Below are positions 38,158-52,400 of a stretch of DNA of 64,000 nucleotides, one piece after another. Position numbers and translations under genes: made by a program. The notes beneath the pieces were generated by a model that saw only the letters and a program-made list of their open reading frames with translations, was not told the DNA's origin and did not search any database. The DNA comes from Perna viridis (taxonomy: Eukaryota). Every line of letters begins with the position of its first letter. The stretch's first letter is position 1. The stretch spans positions 46,893,597 through 46,957,596 of the forward strand of contig CM074512.1 of NCBI GenBank assembly GCA_037379345.1, read 5' to 3'.

Positions 38158-38522
38158 TTAAGTAGTAGTCTTTGTAAGAATCATGCAAATTCCGCGGTTT
38201 TTGTTAACAAGTTGCTTTATAGGTCTATATGATGAAATGTATAATTATTCATTCCAATCTCCCTGCTCTTTAGAGATAATCAGTTTTTATTTTTTTTTAT
38301 TTTCAGTATTTTAATGTCATTTACAGAGTTATCTCCCTTAATATTGAATTATACAGAACGTTTCGTATAATTTTTATCTCCTAAGAACAAGGCTTTATGA
38401 AAAACCACATGTTAATTCCTGTTTACTATAATATTTTAAACAATATATCAAAAATAAAAATATGTAGAGTTTCCAACCATGAATCACATTTTGCATAATT
38501 CTTACCTGGAATGCTTTTCAAG
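38158..38522. mobile_element. Second copy of the TTAA MITE (a right-end fragment also lies at 48389-48463)
   Basis: Colinear with 35711-36096, including TTTACAGAGTTATCTCCCTTAAT and AAAAACCACATGTT. Confidence 0.75.
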
Positions 38523-41500
38523 TAATTTTACAAGGATGCCTAACCCTCTGCATTCAAGATATTTCAGCGTATTTAGTTTTAAGCTTTAATGTAATAATAT
38601 ACCGTTCTTATTATATTTGAAGTATTACGTAATGGAAAAACTGAAAAATACTTTATTTTGCGAGTCAGAAATGATTCACATAGTAGTCAAAACAATGATA
38701 CATTCTTACTGGAATAAGAAAAAATATCTTTTAAAAGTTATAGGGGGAAAAGGCTTTTTTCAAGACTATGCCGAAAATTACTTTTCTATCTAGATGTTGT
38801 ATTCATAGCCGCCCCTGGAAACATCTTACTAATTAATATATCACATCTAACTATCTTGACTTCATCGTGACCTCTTAAAATAGCGAAGAAATCAACTTTA
38901 CCAAAGGTTAATCCCCAATGAAGATAAAGAATATTTTCGAACGCATAATAGCGTTATAAATCTAGCTGAAGATGCAATACAAATTCATATTATCCAAGAC
39001 AATGGCTTTTAAAATCCTTTATATTCACAAAACCTGTGTTTAACTGATTCTAAAAACTTCCATTTTAACACGTTCTGGTAATAACCATTCCGTATAAGAT
39101 GCCTTAGTGACACCGCATCCTCAATCCGATTTTTCCACTATTACCTTTTTACAACTTGTAATATTGGTTCAAGATAATTATAATCATGGCAGTAATTAGT
39201 TACACTTTCTTAATCTTATATATTAATGGTTTCATTTTATAATGTAAAATGGTTCCTTTTTGTGTAATTATGCGGTGGAAATGAAAATATACACATTCCA
39301 ACAAATTGTGAAAAAAATCATTATTTGTTATTATAACAAATTCGATATTGTAGACAATATTCATAACATAATAATTTTCCCTAGATTACTCTTCAAACAA
39401 AAAAGGACATAAGTAACATTTATCATGATAATCAACAGTATCAGAGATGAATTATAGTGTCTCTCTACATTCACCCAAAACAAATGAAGAAATCATTGCA
39501 AAATGATTTAAAACAAAAACACAAACAAGCAAATGATATACAGAGGTAAATAATGAGCAAGATAAAAAAAAATAGAAGAAGAAGAAAAACAATGAAAAAT
39601 TTTAAGTTGAACACATAGCTACTTGAATATTTTTTTTTAACGAAAACTTAAAAAAATAATGTTTATATCGTGGATTTCATAAACAAAATATTTCATTTTT
39701 TTCGCATTTACATTTCTGATTTAGAACGTACTATATGCAGTTTTAACAAGGTATCTTATGCATATTATTCATACATTCATGAATTTGTCTAGCAACAATA
39801 TTTTCCAACTAAAGTTTAACTACATTTTTGCTTCAGTGTGTAAACATGTCAACTTGTTATCAGTGTTGGTGGTTTTTTTTGTCGTTCAATTTTTGCGTCA
39901 TTTTAATTGACCAATTAATATGTTATCGATTGTCCTTAACAATCTGTTATCGTGATATACAGCCAAAATGGTAGATCGAGAAAGAAACGATCGTATTGAT
40001 TTTTTCCAGAAGAGTTTGGAATTCCATCAACATGACTTCCGGTTTTATCAATACAATAAATTTGAATACATCTTATATAATGTAACTATGTACAAACTAT
40101 GTTTTTGAAAAGGTGATATTTACAATCAAGCTATTTTTCTTTTCTGTTGACTCAAAACTTTATATTCTAAACATAAATTGTAAAACCATAAATTGCGCAG
40201 AGTGAGTCCATTATTGTTATATTTTAAATATACAACAGTAGTAACAAATTCCTGAAAACGATGTTTGAATTGCACAGTTTATAACGGAAAAGCTTTTGCA
40301 CACAGCTTAAATGTCAACAAATGTTAATCAAATATAAAAGAATAATAAGACTACAAGTATTTAACAATACGAAATCACTGAATTTATTCTTGAACATCCG
40401 AAACATGATTTTATCATTTAAAATCTCTTCAGTATATGTAAGCAGAGGAATTCGTTTTATACACTATGGATGAGTAAACAGAAAATAAAGTTGTAGGGCC
40501 ATTAGGCTATGAATATTGTCTAAAATATCAACTTCGTTATAATAACACATACATTGTTCATAACATGATAATATTAGAAAAAAGAATGTTATGTGGATTA
40601 GTTCATTGTAATGACGTCATAATAGGGTCACAAGCATATATCATTTAACAAAAATGCTGAGAAATGTAAATTTTGTTGTTTTATTGGACATATTTACATC
40701 AAGAAAGTAGGGTATGTCCACTCCAAGAAACAACTTTATATTTTCACATATGATAAACTATGATATAAAGATAGTATTCACTAAAAAAAATGACCATAAT
40801 ACTGACCAAAAAGTGCGAAATTGACAGAAATGGTGAACTTTTCTATTCTATTGTTCTTTGAATGCAAATATTATCTGAAATCTGAAATCATTGAAATCTT
40901 TATGTTTTCCCATTTGTGATGGATTCAAATCTCCAAATTCACAATTAAATCTTTCCAACACATTATGGTTAATTTTAAAAAATTGTATTTTAGGCCAATG
41001 AGATACTTTATTGCCTCTTTCCCTTTTGATAAAAATTAAAAAAACAAAAACAAACCAAAACAAAAAAACAAAAACAAAAACAAAACAAAAAACAAAACAT
41101 TCAACTTTCAAACTGTAAACTAATGAGATGTTATTATAACGATTAAGGCAAGACAATAAGTACTTATCAGGTTATATTTATTTAATTTCATTGAAATGTT
41201 TCCCAAATAAATAACAAAAAGATTTATTTTAATAATTAGTAATAAAGTGATTTTTCACATTTTTTAAATTATAAATTAAAATGAATATTTCAGAAAATTG
41301 GTGTAAATTTATCAATAAATTTAATGCTTAATTACATGTAAGTAAAACCGCATGTAAGATCAGTTTAAAATTTAAAATTGTTGAGTCAAAATCTCCATTT
41401 TCTTATATTAAATGAATAAAAATATTCATAAGTTTTAAGTATAAACACAAATGATTTAAATGAAATAAGTTCGCAAATAAACATTGATAAATTGAATTAT

Positions 41501-41639
41501 GCATTATGATCATATAATAAAAAATGAGTTTGATTATATCTTGTAGCTTGGAAGCTTACTTTGATGAGAAAAAAACTACTTTGATGACATTATCAATTAA
41601 TTTGAGAGCTGTTCAAAATGTCAGAAGTTGCATAAATAG

Positions 41640-42785
41640 CCAAATCCACAGCAAATGACCATCAATTTCCCAAACAATAAAGACAGAACAACAAAGGGCA
41701 CATATGGATGTCATTAAAGTGCATATAACATAACTGCAGAGTTACCATCTGTACAAGAGATGACATACCAAGCAAGATTGGTCAACCACACAGTTAGTCT
41801 ACCCAACCATGCTGTTGAAGAAGAACGTCGCATACTCAGTAACATAACATCCAGAACTAAAGTGGAAGTTGCACCAATGCCTGCTATTTATAGTCAGATA
41901 CGCATCATTTGATGTGCAAACTCATGAGGTATTATCACAGTAACCAAACTGACATAGCCAAGTCATTACTGTATAGACCCAGACACAAGATACTACCACC
42001 CTTACCAACCACAAGACCCGAAATTCAAAGAACAATTAACAAAAAAACCATCATTACTCTTTATTTCAGAAGAAACTGAGTATTTTTTAACCAAGGACTG
42101 ATATCTAAAAAAAAACAGATAAAAAGACCCAACAGATGTCAACCAACTGGTACGTCGATGTGCTGCATTACCCTTGCTACAACTAAATGAAGTTGTAGAT
42201 TTCTGGTTGCACACACATACTAGATAATCCAGAGAGGGGACTATACCAAACTGACAGACTACGTCACAGAAATCTTGATTGATGGAAGATCTCCACAACC
42301 AACATGGAACCATCACCAAACGGAGGGACCAAGGACCAACAACTACTTAGAGTGCTTATACTTGTTACAGACTTTTGTGCTTTTAAATGTGCTTGTTTCT
42401 ACATGTAAATGGTGCTCATGGATGCTTATTTTGATAATTCATATCATGTGAATAAATGTTAAAAATATAATGTTTTGAATTTTGTTTTGCGAGTCACCAA
42501 ATATTGAAAATCATAAAAAAATATAATGAAAATACCAGTTGATATCATTTTTGATACAACAGACATAAAACTAATTTAAAATTTTAAAAAAAATCAAAAA
42601 CAGAAATATACCAAACAACAATAAAAAATCATCATTTTGATTGTTACACAAATAAACCTAACACTTAATTAGATGTTTAAATAAGTTCCCATTTCGCTTT
42701 AATTCACTCCAAAAAATAATAAGGCGAAAAGGGAATAGTTTCATTTAATAAATTGGACAGCTAAGGCGAAATAGGAACAAGCCTA
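41640..42785 (+). mobile_element. Mutator (MULE) transposase remnant with right-end subterminal repeats
   Basis: SLLYRPRHKILPPLPTTRPEI, LVRRCAALPLL, LTDYVTEI, WNHHQTEGPRTNNYLE; AAGGCGAAA repeats at 42690-42780. Confidence 0.7.
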
Positions 42786-43130
42786 ACTACATAAGGGTAA
42801 CAACAAATTCACCGAACACTAATCCGATTCATAATCAAGTCAAGTCTAAAACAAATCTTGCAAAATAGACATTACCCCATCGGAGCAACTGGTGCCGCAA
42901 TGATCCTGACTATGTATAGGCATTTCAGCACTCTAAACCTCCCTCTTTTTTTGCGGTGTGAAAATACCTATGTTGATTAAATAGCATTTGTATGGTATTG
43001 CCTCATAATCGGTTAATCAGTGGTCACATCAGCAAAATGAACAATTTACAAAAAGAACAATCAATACTCATTATTTTAGAAGAAACGAGTATTTTTTCAA
43101 CCAAGGACTGATATCTAAAGAAAAATTGGT
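42785..43130 (-). mobile_element. 5'-truncated Naiad-like end of another family
   Basis: Minus-strand NFFFRYQSLVEK(Y)S resembles the RT C-terminus KFYGRHHELVDRYGVS, followed by a UTR-like tail. Confidence 0.4.
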
Positions 43131-46100
43131 AAGATAAATCTTGAGACGTATTGTTAGATGATGTTGTAAAATGATAGATTGAAAGATTTTTTGCTGCTGT
43201 TCAAAATATCAAAAACTCACTTATATTAGAATAACAACAGTATTTTCACAATTGTGTTCGACTTTGTAGAATGACCACCTTGTTATTCATACAACAAATG
43301 CTAAATGGGACAAACAATTTAATATTCATAATATCTTACCTAAACTTGTTCATTTTTCAAGTATTAACTTTACTTTCGTAACAATAAAAGCTAATGCAAT
43401 TCTGGTATTTATTTTTTAATTTAAAGAGTTTTTAACTGTAACCAGCTATATAGTACTTTTTCGCTGATAATTTTTAATTTACGACTTGATTAGCAAGTAG
43501 TGAAAACAACTTGATTTGGGACAAAAAACGGGGACGCTGCGTATAATATACAAACATTTACTATGTTTTTAATGACTAAAAGTTGAAATACCGATCTGAA
43601 ACACTTGATTAATACTAACGGAATACACGCAAAGTTAATCTGAAACCATTACCATCAGCTAGGTTGCATTAAAAAGACAAAAGCCTTGTATATGTACCTT
43701 AAATTACAATAATGACATCTGTGTAACTACAGATTATCCTTCAGTAATGGATGGTTTAATCAAATTCTCCACTCGAGATGGAAAAATTAAAATTTTCAAC
43801 ATGCGAGCTTTAACGAGCATGATGAAATCCTAATTTTTACCATAGAGAGTGGAAAAATGATTTAAATCCAGAATAGACTGAAAAAGAATTGGTTTCTCCC
43901 ATGAAATCGTTGAAATGTAAAATAGTGGGAAATTCTCGAAGAAATTTTTTCTTCGTCCGGTGCTTAAAAAGTCACGTGCATTTTTAATCATCGGCTTAGA
44001 ATGGGAGAAGAACCAATACCTATTTGGGAGATTTTAAAGAGCTGTTATACGGAAGAAGATGGGAAGGAAAAAAAATATGTTTGATAGAAATATGAAGAAA
44101 AGAACTTTTCAATTTGTAACTCATGTGCGAGATGCTTTAACATCAAGAGATCCAATTCAATTAATTCATGGTACAATCAATATTTAATCTTGTTATACAC
44201 AAAACAAATTAGAACTCTGACGCAACCTTTTAATCAGGAATAGACATGCTTTAAGCTGTCTTATTGTTCTCTCTGAGATTATATTTCATAGAAATCCTGT
44301 CAATTTCCGGGATACAGGTTATTGATCGTATATTATCTTCAAATGTTCACTGAAGTGGTTAAAACAGAGGAACTATTATTTTTAATGATTTGCTGGTATT
44401 TTCGACTTGGAAAATATCGATTAATTTTTTTTAATTAAGAGTGTTAGCAGTCAATTTCACAAACATTCTTAAATGCAGAACAATCCTTTTTTCATATTCC
44501 CGGCTTTGACTTCGTTTTCTAAACATTTTGAGCAAATGAAAGTAACTGTCTTAATAAACAGATTGGTGAATTGTTCCATTAGAGCAATAGAGAGCAACAG
44601 ACTTTAAATTCAAATATTCGATTTATTTGAGCTGCGGTAAGTACTATGATACTTAAAAAAAATTAACCAAAATTATCTACTGTTTCTTATACCACGTTGT
44701 CGTGTGTAGGTGGTTACCTTTCTATTTTTTCTAAAATGTCTTGCAATCCGTAACAGAAAATAATATTGTGACATCATTACATATGGTACACTTTACATTC
44801 ATTTAGTAAAGAGTCTTTATAATATTGTGAAATCTGATTTGATATACGGACCGATAACATCTGGTCCTTAAAGCGAGCATGACTTTGCGTCAACGTCTAG
44901 AAGGTTTACCAAAGACGTATTTCGGTCAGAGCGTTTTCTCAACATTTTTTTTTCTTTACTCTCTATAACGTATTCGAATTGCTTAAACCGACACAACTTT
45001 TTCTCGTCTCAAGTCGTTGTTCCAAATTCTTGCATCTATACACATGAAGTGTGTTCATTGTCTAGTATGAAAAATGCTAAATTCTTATCTTTCAAAAGCA
45101 TGTTATCGTAACATAAGCCAGCAATAGTAAATCATTTGCAATGCATGACATTTTCAAAACACTGTTATTTCGAAATAAGATAAACAACCGTTAAGTATAC
45201 AATTCTTAAAATAAAGAATCACTTGGCCCTACATTTTTAATGTGTACATGCATGTATGTTGCATATCATGCAGTGACTAAATGCATTTCAAATTCTTAAG
45301 TATTTCATATTTCAAATTGTTTTACATTAGCATGTTTATACATAAAATATGCAATAAAAAGTATTGTTCCCCATATCTGACATTACAATGTACTTTTGTA
45401 AATCAATTTAAAGCAGCTTTATCTACTGCTTAATCGATTGTACTTGATGCAGATATTAAATTGTACTTCAATACTTACATTTTATTATTATTGTAAGACA
45501 AGGAAATATAAAATGGATACCATAACTCCACTGACATGTAAAGGAGTCATTGGAAATCTTTGCCTAAAGGAACATTCACTATACATCCATTTAAAATAAT
45601 CAAGGAAAAGAGCTGTTATATACTTTTCAATTTACGTGATTGGTCTGTAAAAAATCAATATTTAATTTTGCCGTTGGATCTGATTTTAACCAATTAAGAA
45701 AGGCCAATAGACATCTTGTATATGTATGAATAGATTTTTAAAAAAAATCGAAAAAAAAAACTTCCGGAATTATCCTCTGCCAATCACAACCAACGAGTAT
45801 GTGTCTACTAGAAGTTTCAAATGTCAGATTTGATTAACATGATACATATATATACATCCCATGTTGAGCTAGATAGATGTATTACTCATTAAAAAGCTGT
45901 CCTAATATGTCAAATCTCTGACAGCATTTACATAATTGAAATAAAACAAGTCTTTATAATCCTTGAAAAAAGTATAGGTATAATATACTTTGTATTTGGT
46001 TCAGATATTGTTATATATTTTTATTATTATGATTTTATGTTTTGTGTAATGATTTGTTATACATTACTTATATGACAATGATCAAGAAGTACATTTGTGC

Positions 46101-46290
46101 CACCTGAAATTGATTATTTCAGTGTTGTCTCAATCATATTTAGGATGCTCAGAAAATAAAAATAGGATTTGGTTCTTGGTACCTTTCCATTCCTAATTTA
46201 TTTGTAAATTATATAGCATAGATTTAACGATCTCCGCTTGGATATAAGTCTCTGTGCTACTTTGTTCAAACAAAATGTTTGACACAAATC

Positions 46291-46490
46291 AAAGAGTAAT
46301 CAAGAGAACCAACGTTCTAGCGGAAATCAAAAGAAAGCAATCCAGGGACAAAAACCAAACATGGAAAAACAGACATACACAACAAAGAGCTTTAAGTAAC
46401 TAAAATAATACATAAAAAGTTACAAAAGCTAATGAGCAACTCGGTCTCCACTGGAAGCATGAACCAGGTGCATCGGTAGGGTAAGCATTC
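46291..46490 (-). repeat. Naiad 3' tail copy
   Basis: AAGAGTAATCAAG...ATGAGCAACTCGG...CATCGGTAGGGTAAGC. Confidence 0.8.
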
Positions 46491-49400
46491 CGACACATTT
46501 TTCAAAATGAACTACAATTTAATTTTTATGAGAGGTGGACTAGGATGATTTTTTTTATTAAAAATTGCAGAACAGGCCTTAAGAAAAAATGCAGGATCAA
46601 GTATTGTCCTAATGTTTTTGTTAAAAAGCGGCTCAGAAGATATCTTCAAAAACTTAACAATTCAATAAAAGTGTAAATTGAATAAAAGTAATGATTTAAA
46701 TAGTAACAAATGATAGCGATATAGAAATTGGCAAACATAATAATGTTCTTGTAAATAACGGCGGAGCTATGAATTTTTCACAGAAAGGTGATCGTGTTAA
46801 ATGCTATCGTACATGACAAGACTATCAAGTAGCCAGAAAAGAATACGGACAAATAAATGTTCATGGAAAAAGATAATTGCGCTTTCCTCGTCAGGAATCA
46901 ATGATAGATTATAACATATTACTTGTCAATCTAGTGGACAGTCCTAACATTCGTAAATCTATCTTAACATCTTTATAGTTAGTCTGGTGGTATCGTTAAT
47001 TCTTTTTCTATAGTTCTAGAATTAAACATTAAATACTGTTAATGCGACAAACGCAAGATAAAGGCTGTACAAGTGTCGTCTAAGACACTTCGAAATCAAT
47101 CGTTAGTTAAATAGGCTGGGTAACACAAGGACATTATAAATCATAGATCCAAACTATGAACTTCTATTAGTAATCATAACCCCTACTGGGCTTGTGAATA
47201 CGCCAGAGGATATGTCCACCAGCAGTGTTAACGGGACCGTGGTTTTAAATACAAAGATACCCATAAAATTTTTAAAAATTAAGGAAACTTGGCATGATAC
47301 TAATTAGTATCTATTCTTGTTTTTATTCACTGATTTTTAATAGAAAAAAAGCCAAAATTTACCCGTAATGATAAACAAAGTAATAAAGTTGTTTTGTTCA
47401 AAAGAATACTCATTATTTGCTCCTTTCAAGATAAGTGTACCATGATGTAGGTCAAGCAAAGAAGATTATTTCATTTAAGTGTACCTAACAGCCATCGATT
47501 TGTGAATTTATTTATTGCTTCTAATGATTGGACCTGAAATCCATTAAAAAATATCGACAATCCTTGACACACTTTCTTATAATTATATATGTCGTATATT
47601 GATAAGATGTTTGTTGACAAGGTTATTCTAATGAAAGCCATATATTCTATTTAAATAATGCGTTTGTTACTCTTAATTGAATAAAGCCAAGGAAATGTAC
47701 AGCTGCCACCACAGCTAATCATAAGTAATGTGTTCTAAAAGTAGTGCATTAGAACAATATAAAAGGCGAGGAAGTGATTTTTAGTGATCATTTGTTTTTC
47801 ATATGATTTGGAAATTGTAAAATTCGTGGCGATAACATTATTCATTTCTCAAAATCAAAATCCACATCAATATAAACAACAAAATATGAATTTGAAAATA
47901 GATGTACTGAGGGCTGTAAGAGTTCTATTCGCGATAATACACAAATCTACATTTAAGTTTTCATTTTTGTTGTGCACATCATTGCTAAAAGAGAATTAAC
48001 ACATATTTTGTCTCAAGTTTATGGACTAATACTTTTACAAGGATAAATAAAGATAAATTTAATAGTTTAACGTTGTGTTCATGTAATAATACTTTTTTCA
48101 ATTTTCTTGCCCTTGTTTGCTATCTATTTCGACGACACCAAATGCAGTCAATCTCCATGAAATATTATTGGTACTTACAGCAAATAAATGACATTTTAGT
48201 TCTATTATTTACGGCTACAACATTAATATTTCATCTTGAAGAGCTATTTCGGACGTTACTAGGAATTTATGTTAGAAATAAAAGCATGCTGAAGAAACAA
48301 TCGAAATTCGTGATGGCAAACTTCAGATTAGTAATGTATGTTCTTAAGATTCCTGTATTTATTTAATTGTCTCCGAGCTGCTATCAAATATCAAAAATAA
48401 AAATATGTAGGCTTTTTACCCATTATCACATTTTGCATGATCCTTAGCTGGAGTGCTACTTAAAAATGCAGTAGTATATGTTTATGCAGACTCTGTCTTG
48501 TTATACACGATTTGGTCCTTACCAAAGTAACAGACGATCATTTTCAACACATCAAATGGAGAGAGATAACTTTCCTTTAATTACAATTAGCGCAATGTAA
48601 TATTTAACGATAGAACTTGTTATTATGTAGATATATGGAGTGAAATCGTTTTGTAAGGTCAAAAATGTATCCAAAATAATTGATAATCCTGAAGATGTAT
48701 AACTTAATAGATGCAAAAGATAAGTATGTATTACTGGGAACACGGTTGTCAATTGTTGTAATGAAACTATGTCCATTTTATAATTTTTACTCCATTCAAT
48801 GCAGGTTACTTTACCCTTAACTTGTATTGTGCTCGTATAGTCTTTCAAATGCACCTTCTACGTGCGTCTTTTGACACTGAATTTTAAGGTTACAGCAAAT
48901 ACTCTACCTAACTAAAACAAGAATATTTACAACGAGTACACGATAAGCAATCTAATAAAAAATTATTTTCTATACGTATTAGTTTGGGAATGAAGTTATT
49001 GGCTTCAGTATCATGGAAAAAATAAAAGTCGAATTAAGTTTATTGATTGAAATTGTGATTGTTAAGGCACGCATGCAATCCACTTCCTGTTCGATCAATA
49101 TTATGACAATGAACTCTAATCTGCGAGAAGTATCTTCTTTTGCATTATAACAATATTCTTCCGTGTAAAAGATGAATACATAAAATACTGATCAACTTAT
49201 CTAAAGAAACTCCAATTTACGATACATTTTTCAAAGGAAGCAATGCATGAAGTAGATACTATTTTATAAAAAAAACAATCATTATGATACGGCTGTAAAA
49301 GTATATACTTTCCATTTCATTCAAAATGGATGTTTAATTAAGAAATATTATATGTTGTTTTAAATTCAACAAAAAGCACAAAAAAATAAGCAACTTTACT

Positions 49401-52400
49401 CATATTGCATATTCAAGTTTTAATTATTATCTTTAGTATCTTAAACTCAATGTAGTTATTGCTGTAATAACTCTATCTATTCTAGATGTCTCATATCACG
49501 TAAACTACATGTTTAATCATTTACAACGTTTATAACATAAGACACATTTCCTATTCATATTAAAACATTTCAAACATTTTTAGCGTCATTTCACAATAAA
49601 ACAATTGTCATTAAATGTTAGCATAATATACATAATACCTTCTTAATATACAGGCTCACAATAAAACGGTCTCGGGATGATAAAAATATTGGTGGCAAGA
49701 AATGTTGTTAATCAAACAGCTTTTTTGTTCTTTTATTTAATAACGTAGGTGTATTTTGGTAACCTTGTATACATGCACGTCTTTGTAAATGACAACGAAC
49801 TGAGAAGCCACGGGATTGAATTAAAGAAAGGAACCGAAACGGAGAAGTTTATTTGACAGTCCAAGATTTATCTATCTGTAGACAGGGCCTTATCTAAATA
49901 ACAATCTAATGAAATTGCTATTGTCGGCACTTAACTTTCAGCAAGAACGATAAAAGGACAAAATGACAAAAAAACTTTAATAAAAAAAGGAAATGACGTA
50001 TCGATTTGTCTAAGGAACATTTCTGTATCCATCAACAATAATTCCGTTGTGATAAATACTACTAATATCAATATGATCAGCCTTAAACAAAAACATATAC
50101 CATTTATTCACGTTCGTTTTATTTCCATTCGCCCGAAAACAAGATGGAAATAGTAGAAAATTGGACTCTAGTTTTAAATTAACTCGTAGAAGATTTCTAT
50201 GATGATTGGAGAACTAAGCATTAAATTACCAATATATATATCGTGTCCAAAAACAGCATACTCGTCTCCATTCACCATCTTAGCGCGGTGATTCGAGCTA
50301 ATATAATAGTTTGTAGAAGTGATCATTAGAATCTTTTTAACTAAATACGCGACGGTACTTCTTACACTTGAATAGACCCAATTACTTTATTGCTAAAAAC
50401 AATCAATATTTAATCCAGTTCTACACGAAAACACGTCATTGTTATCAAAAATATCTGACGTAACCTTTCCATCTTTCTTATCATGACATGCTAAAAGCTT
50501 TATGTTTGACAGGTTGGTCTTTCATATAATCCATTTTAATTTCCGCAAAGAAAAGTCAACATAATTATTGCATGTAAAATTGCATAATTATGTGAGAAAC
50601 GAAATTAATGCTTATAATACGAACATGCGTTCAAGGAAGATGAAACTTGAAAAGTAATTGAGAACAAAACAAAATCGGCGGCAAACAATACAAATTCCAT
50701 AATCTCCTGCTTAGACCTAATTCCTACATCGATTCATTTCACATTTTTTGTATAGTTTCTGCAAGGCATGATTATAATAATTCTAATGATTCAAACTTTT
50801 AATACTTATCTTATTTGACATCGTTATATGATTATTTAAGGATTGTTCTTAACTTTTGATAAGGTTATGCGAAATAACCAGCTTTTTGGCAGTCTAAGCT
50901 TCATGAACTGCGAAGCATTTTATGAACAACCGTAAACTGCCCTAAAGTTGATTATGTGAGCATAGCTTGATAAAAAATTAAAAAATCGTTATTACTTAAT
51001 TTCTAATTCATTAAAACAACGCTAAGATTTGTAACTTCATCAAAAAGCCTTATTTAGTTAGGAATTATTTTAATTGCAGACTGTGTACCGATCGACGTTA
51101 ATGACGTCACAGTACCAAGTTAGTTTATGGAAAATAACCTATCTTGCCAAGATGAGAAAAAAAAACAACCAAATTAAATTAATGATTGTACAGAATTTCA
51201 ATTCATAATATAGTATATATAAATATTTTAAATTCGCTATGTCTGGTTCTCCAAATTTAGCATAAAAATACTTTTACAACGGCCTAATAAATCATTGTTG
51301 ACACTAATTCAATATACAAATTTTCATAAGGGAAAGAATTTTTTTCATACAATATCGATGCACAATATTATTTTGAATTTGTTCAGATTTGTCGCTTGGT
51401 GTGAATCCTTTATACGATATCTAACAACTGGAGGTTTTCTGTTGACTCCCTTTTTTCGATTAAAAAACAGTAAATTAAAGAAATATTTAATGTTAAATGC
51501 AGAATCATAAACATGTATGTGGTGAAAGAACCATTACTTTTCACGTGGCTGGTAGCATAATTGAAATGAGAGGGTACCACCATAATTCATGGGGAACAAA
51601 ATTTAGACAGGAAAATTTGTTTAAAACTTATAAGGGGGACAGCGATGTCAACAAAATAGGTATCACGCAAGTGGTTCTGGTCCCTTTTTCAATGAAAACA
51701 AACGATTATCTTTGTTATAACAAAAGAACTTCTTCTTGTGGGCAAAACTGCAACTACAGGTCAATGGTTTGATAATGGCTTTGTATTTGATTGATTAAGC
51801 ATTACTATGGACCGAAGATTTTATTACACATTGGTAGATGATAGGTTTAAACTAATCTAATACCCTTTAGATGGTCAGATATCATGTGTATGGATAATCA
51901 AACTGATACCAATTTATTTATTATTGTACATAGCCAGACTATTCGTTTGCATGATGTGAGCATATAAAATTATCATACACGTAATAAAGATTTCGAAAAT
52001 TCTTAGTTAACAATTGAAAAATGAAATGTTCCTTAAACCAAAAGATGTTATCAGGGAAACAAATATGATACTATTACTTGAAATTGAGTTTTTAAGGTTG
52101 TTTTCTATATCTGGTATGATAGTGAGTATCACTGTAAAAGTTAAGTATAAACCATTTTATTGCATGGCCGTCATCACTACCTTTGGGCTTTTTTTTCTTA
52201 AAGTCATTCCCATCAATAGCAGCACAAAAGAGAAGGGGTGATAAAAGCTCTCATTGGCCTAAACTGCAACAATAAAAAAAATAGTCAAAAAATGTTGAAA
52301 GATGGAGACTTTAATCCATCAAATATGAGAAAATCCAAAGATTTCTGATAATTCTTGCAATAAAAGGACAAAAAAATTGCTTGAATTTTACCAAAATTCA

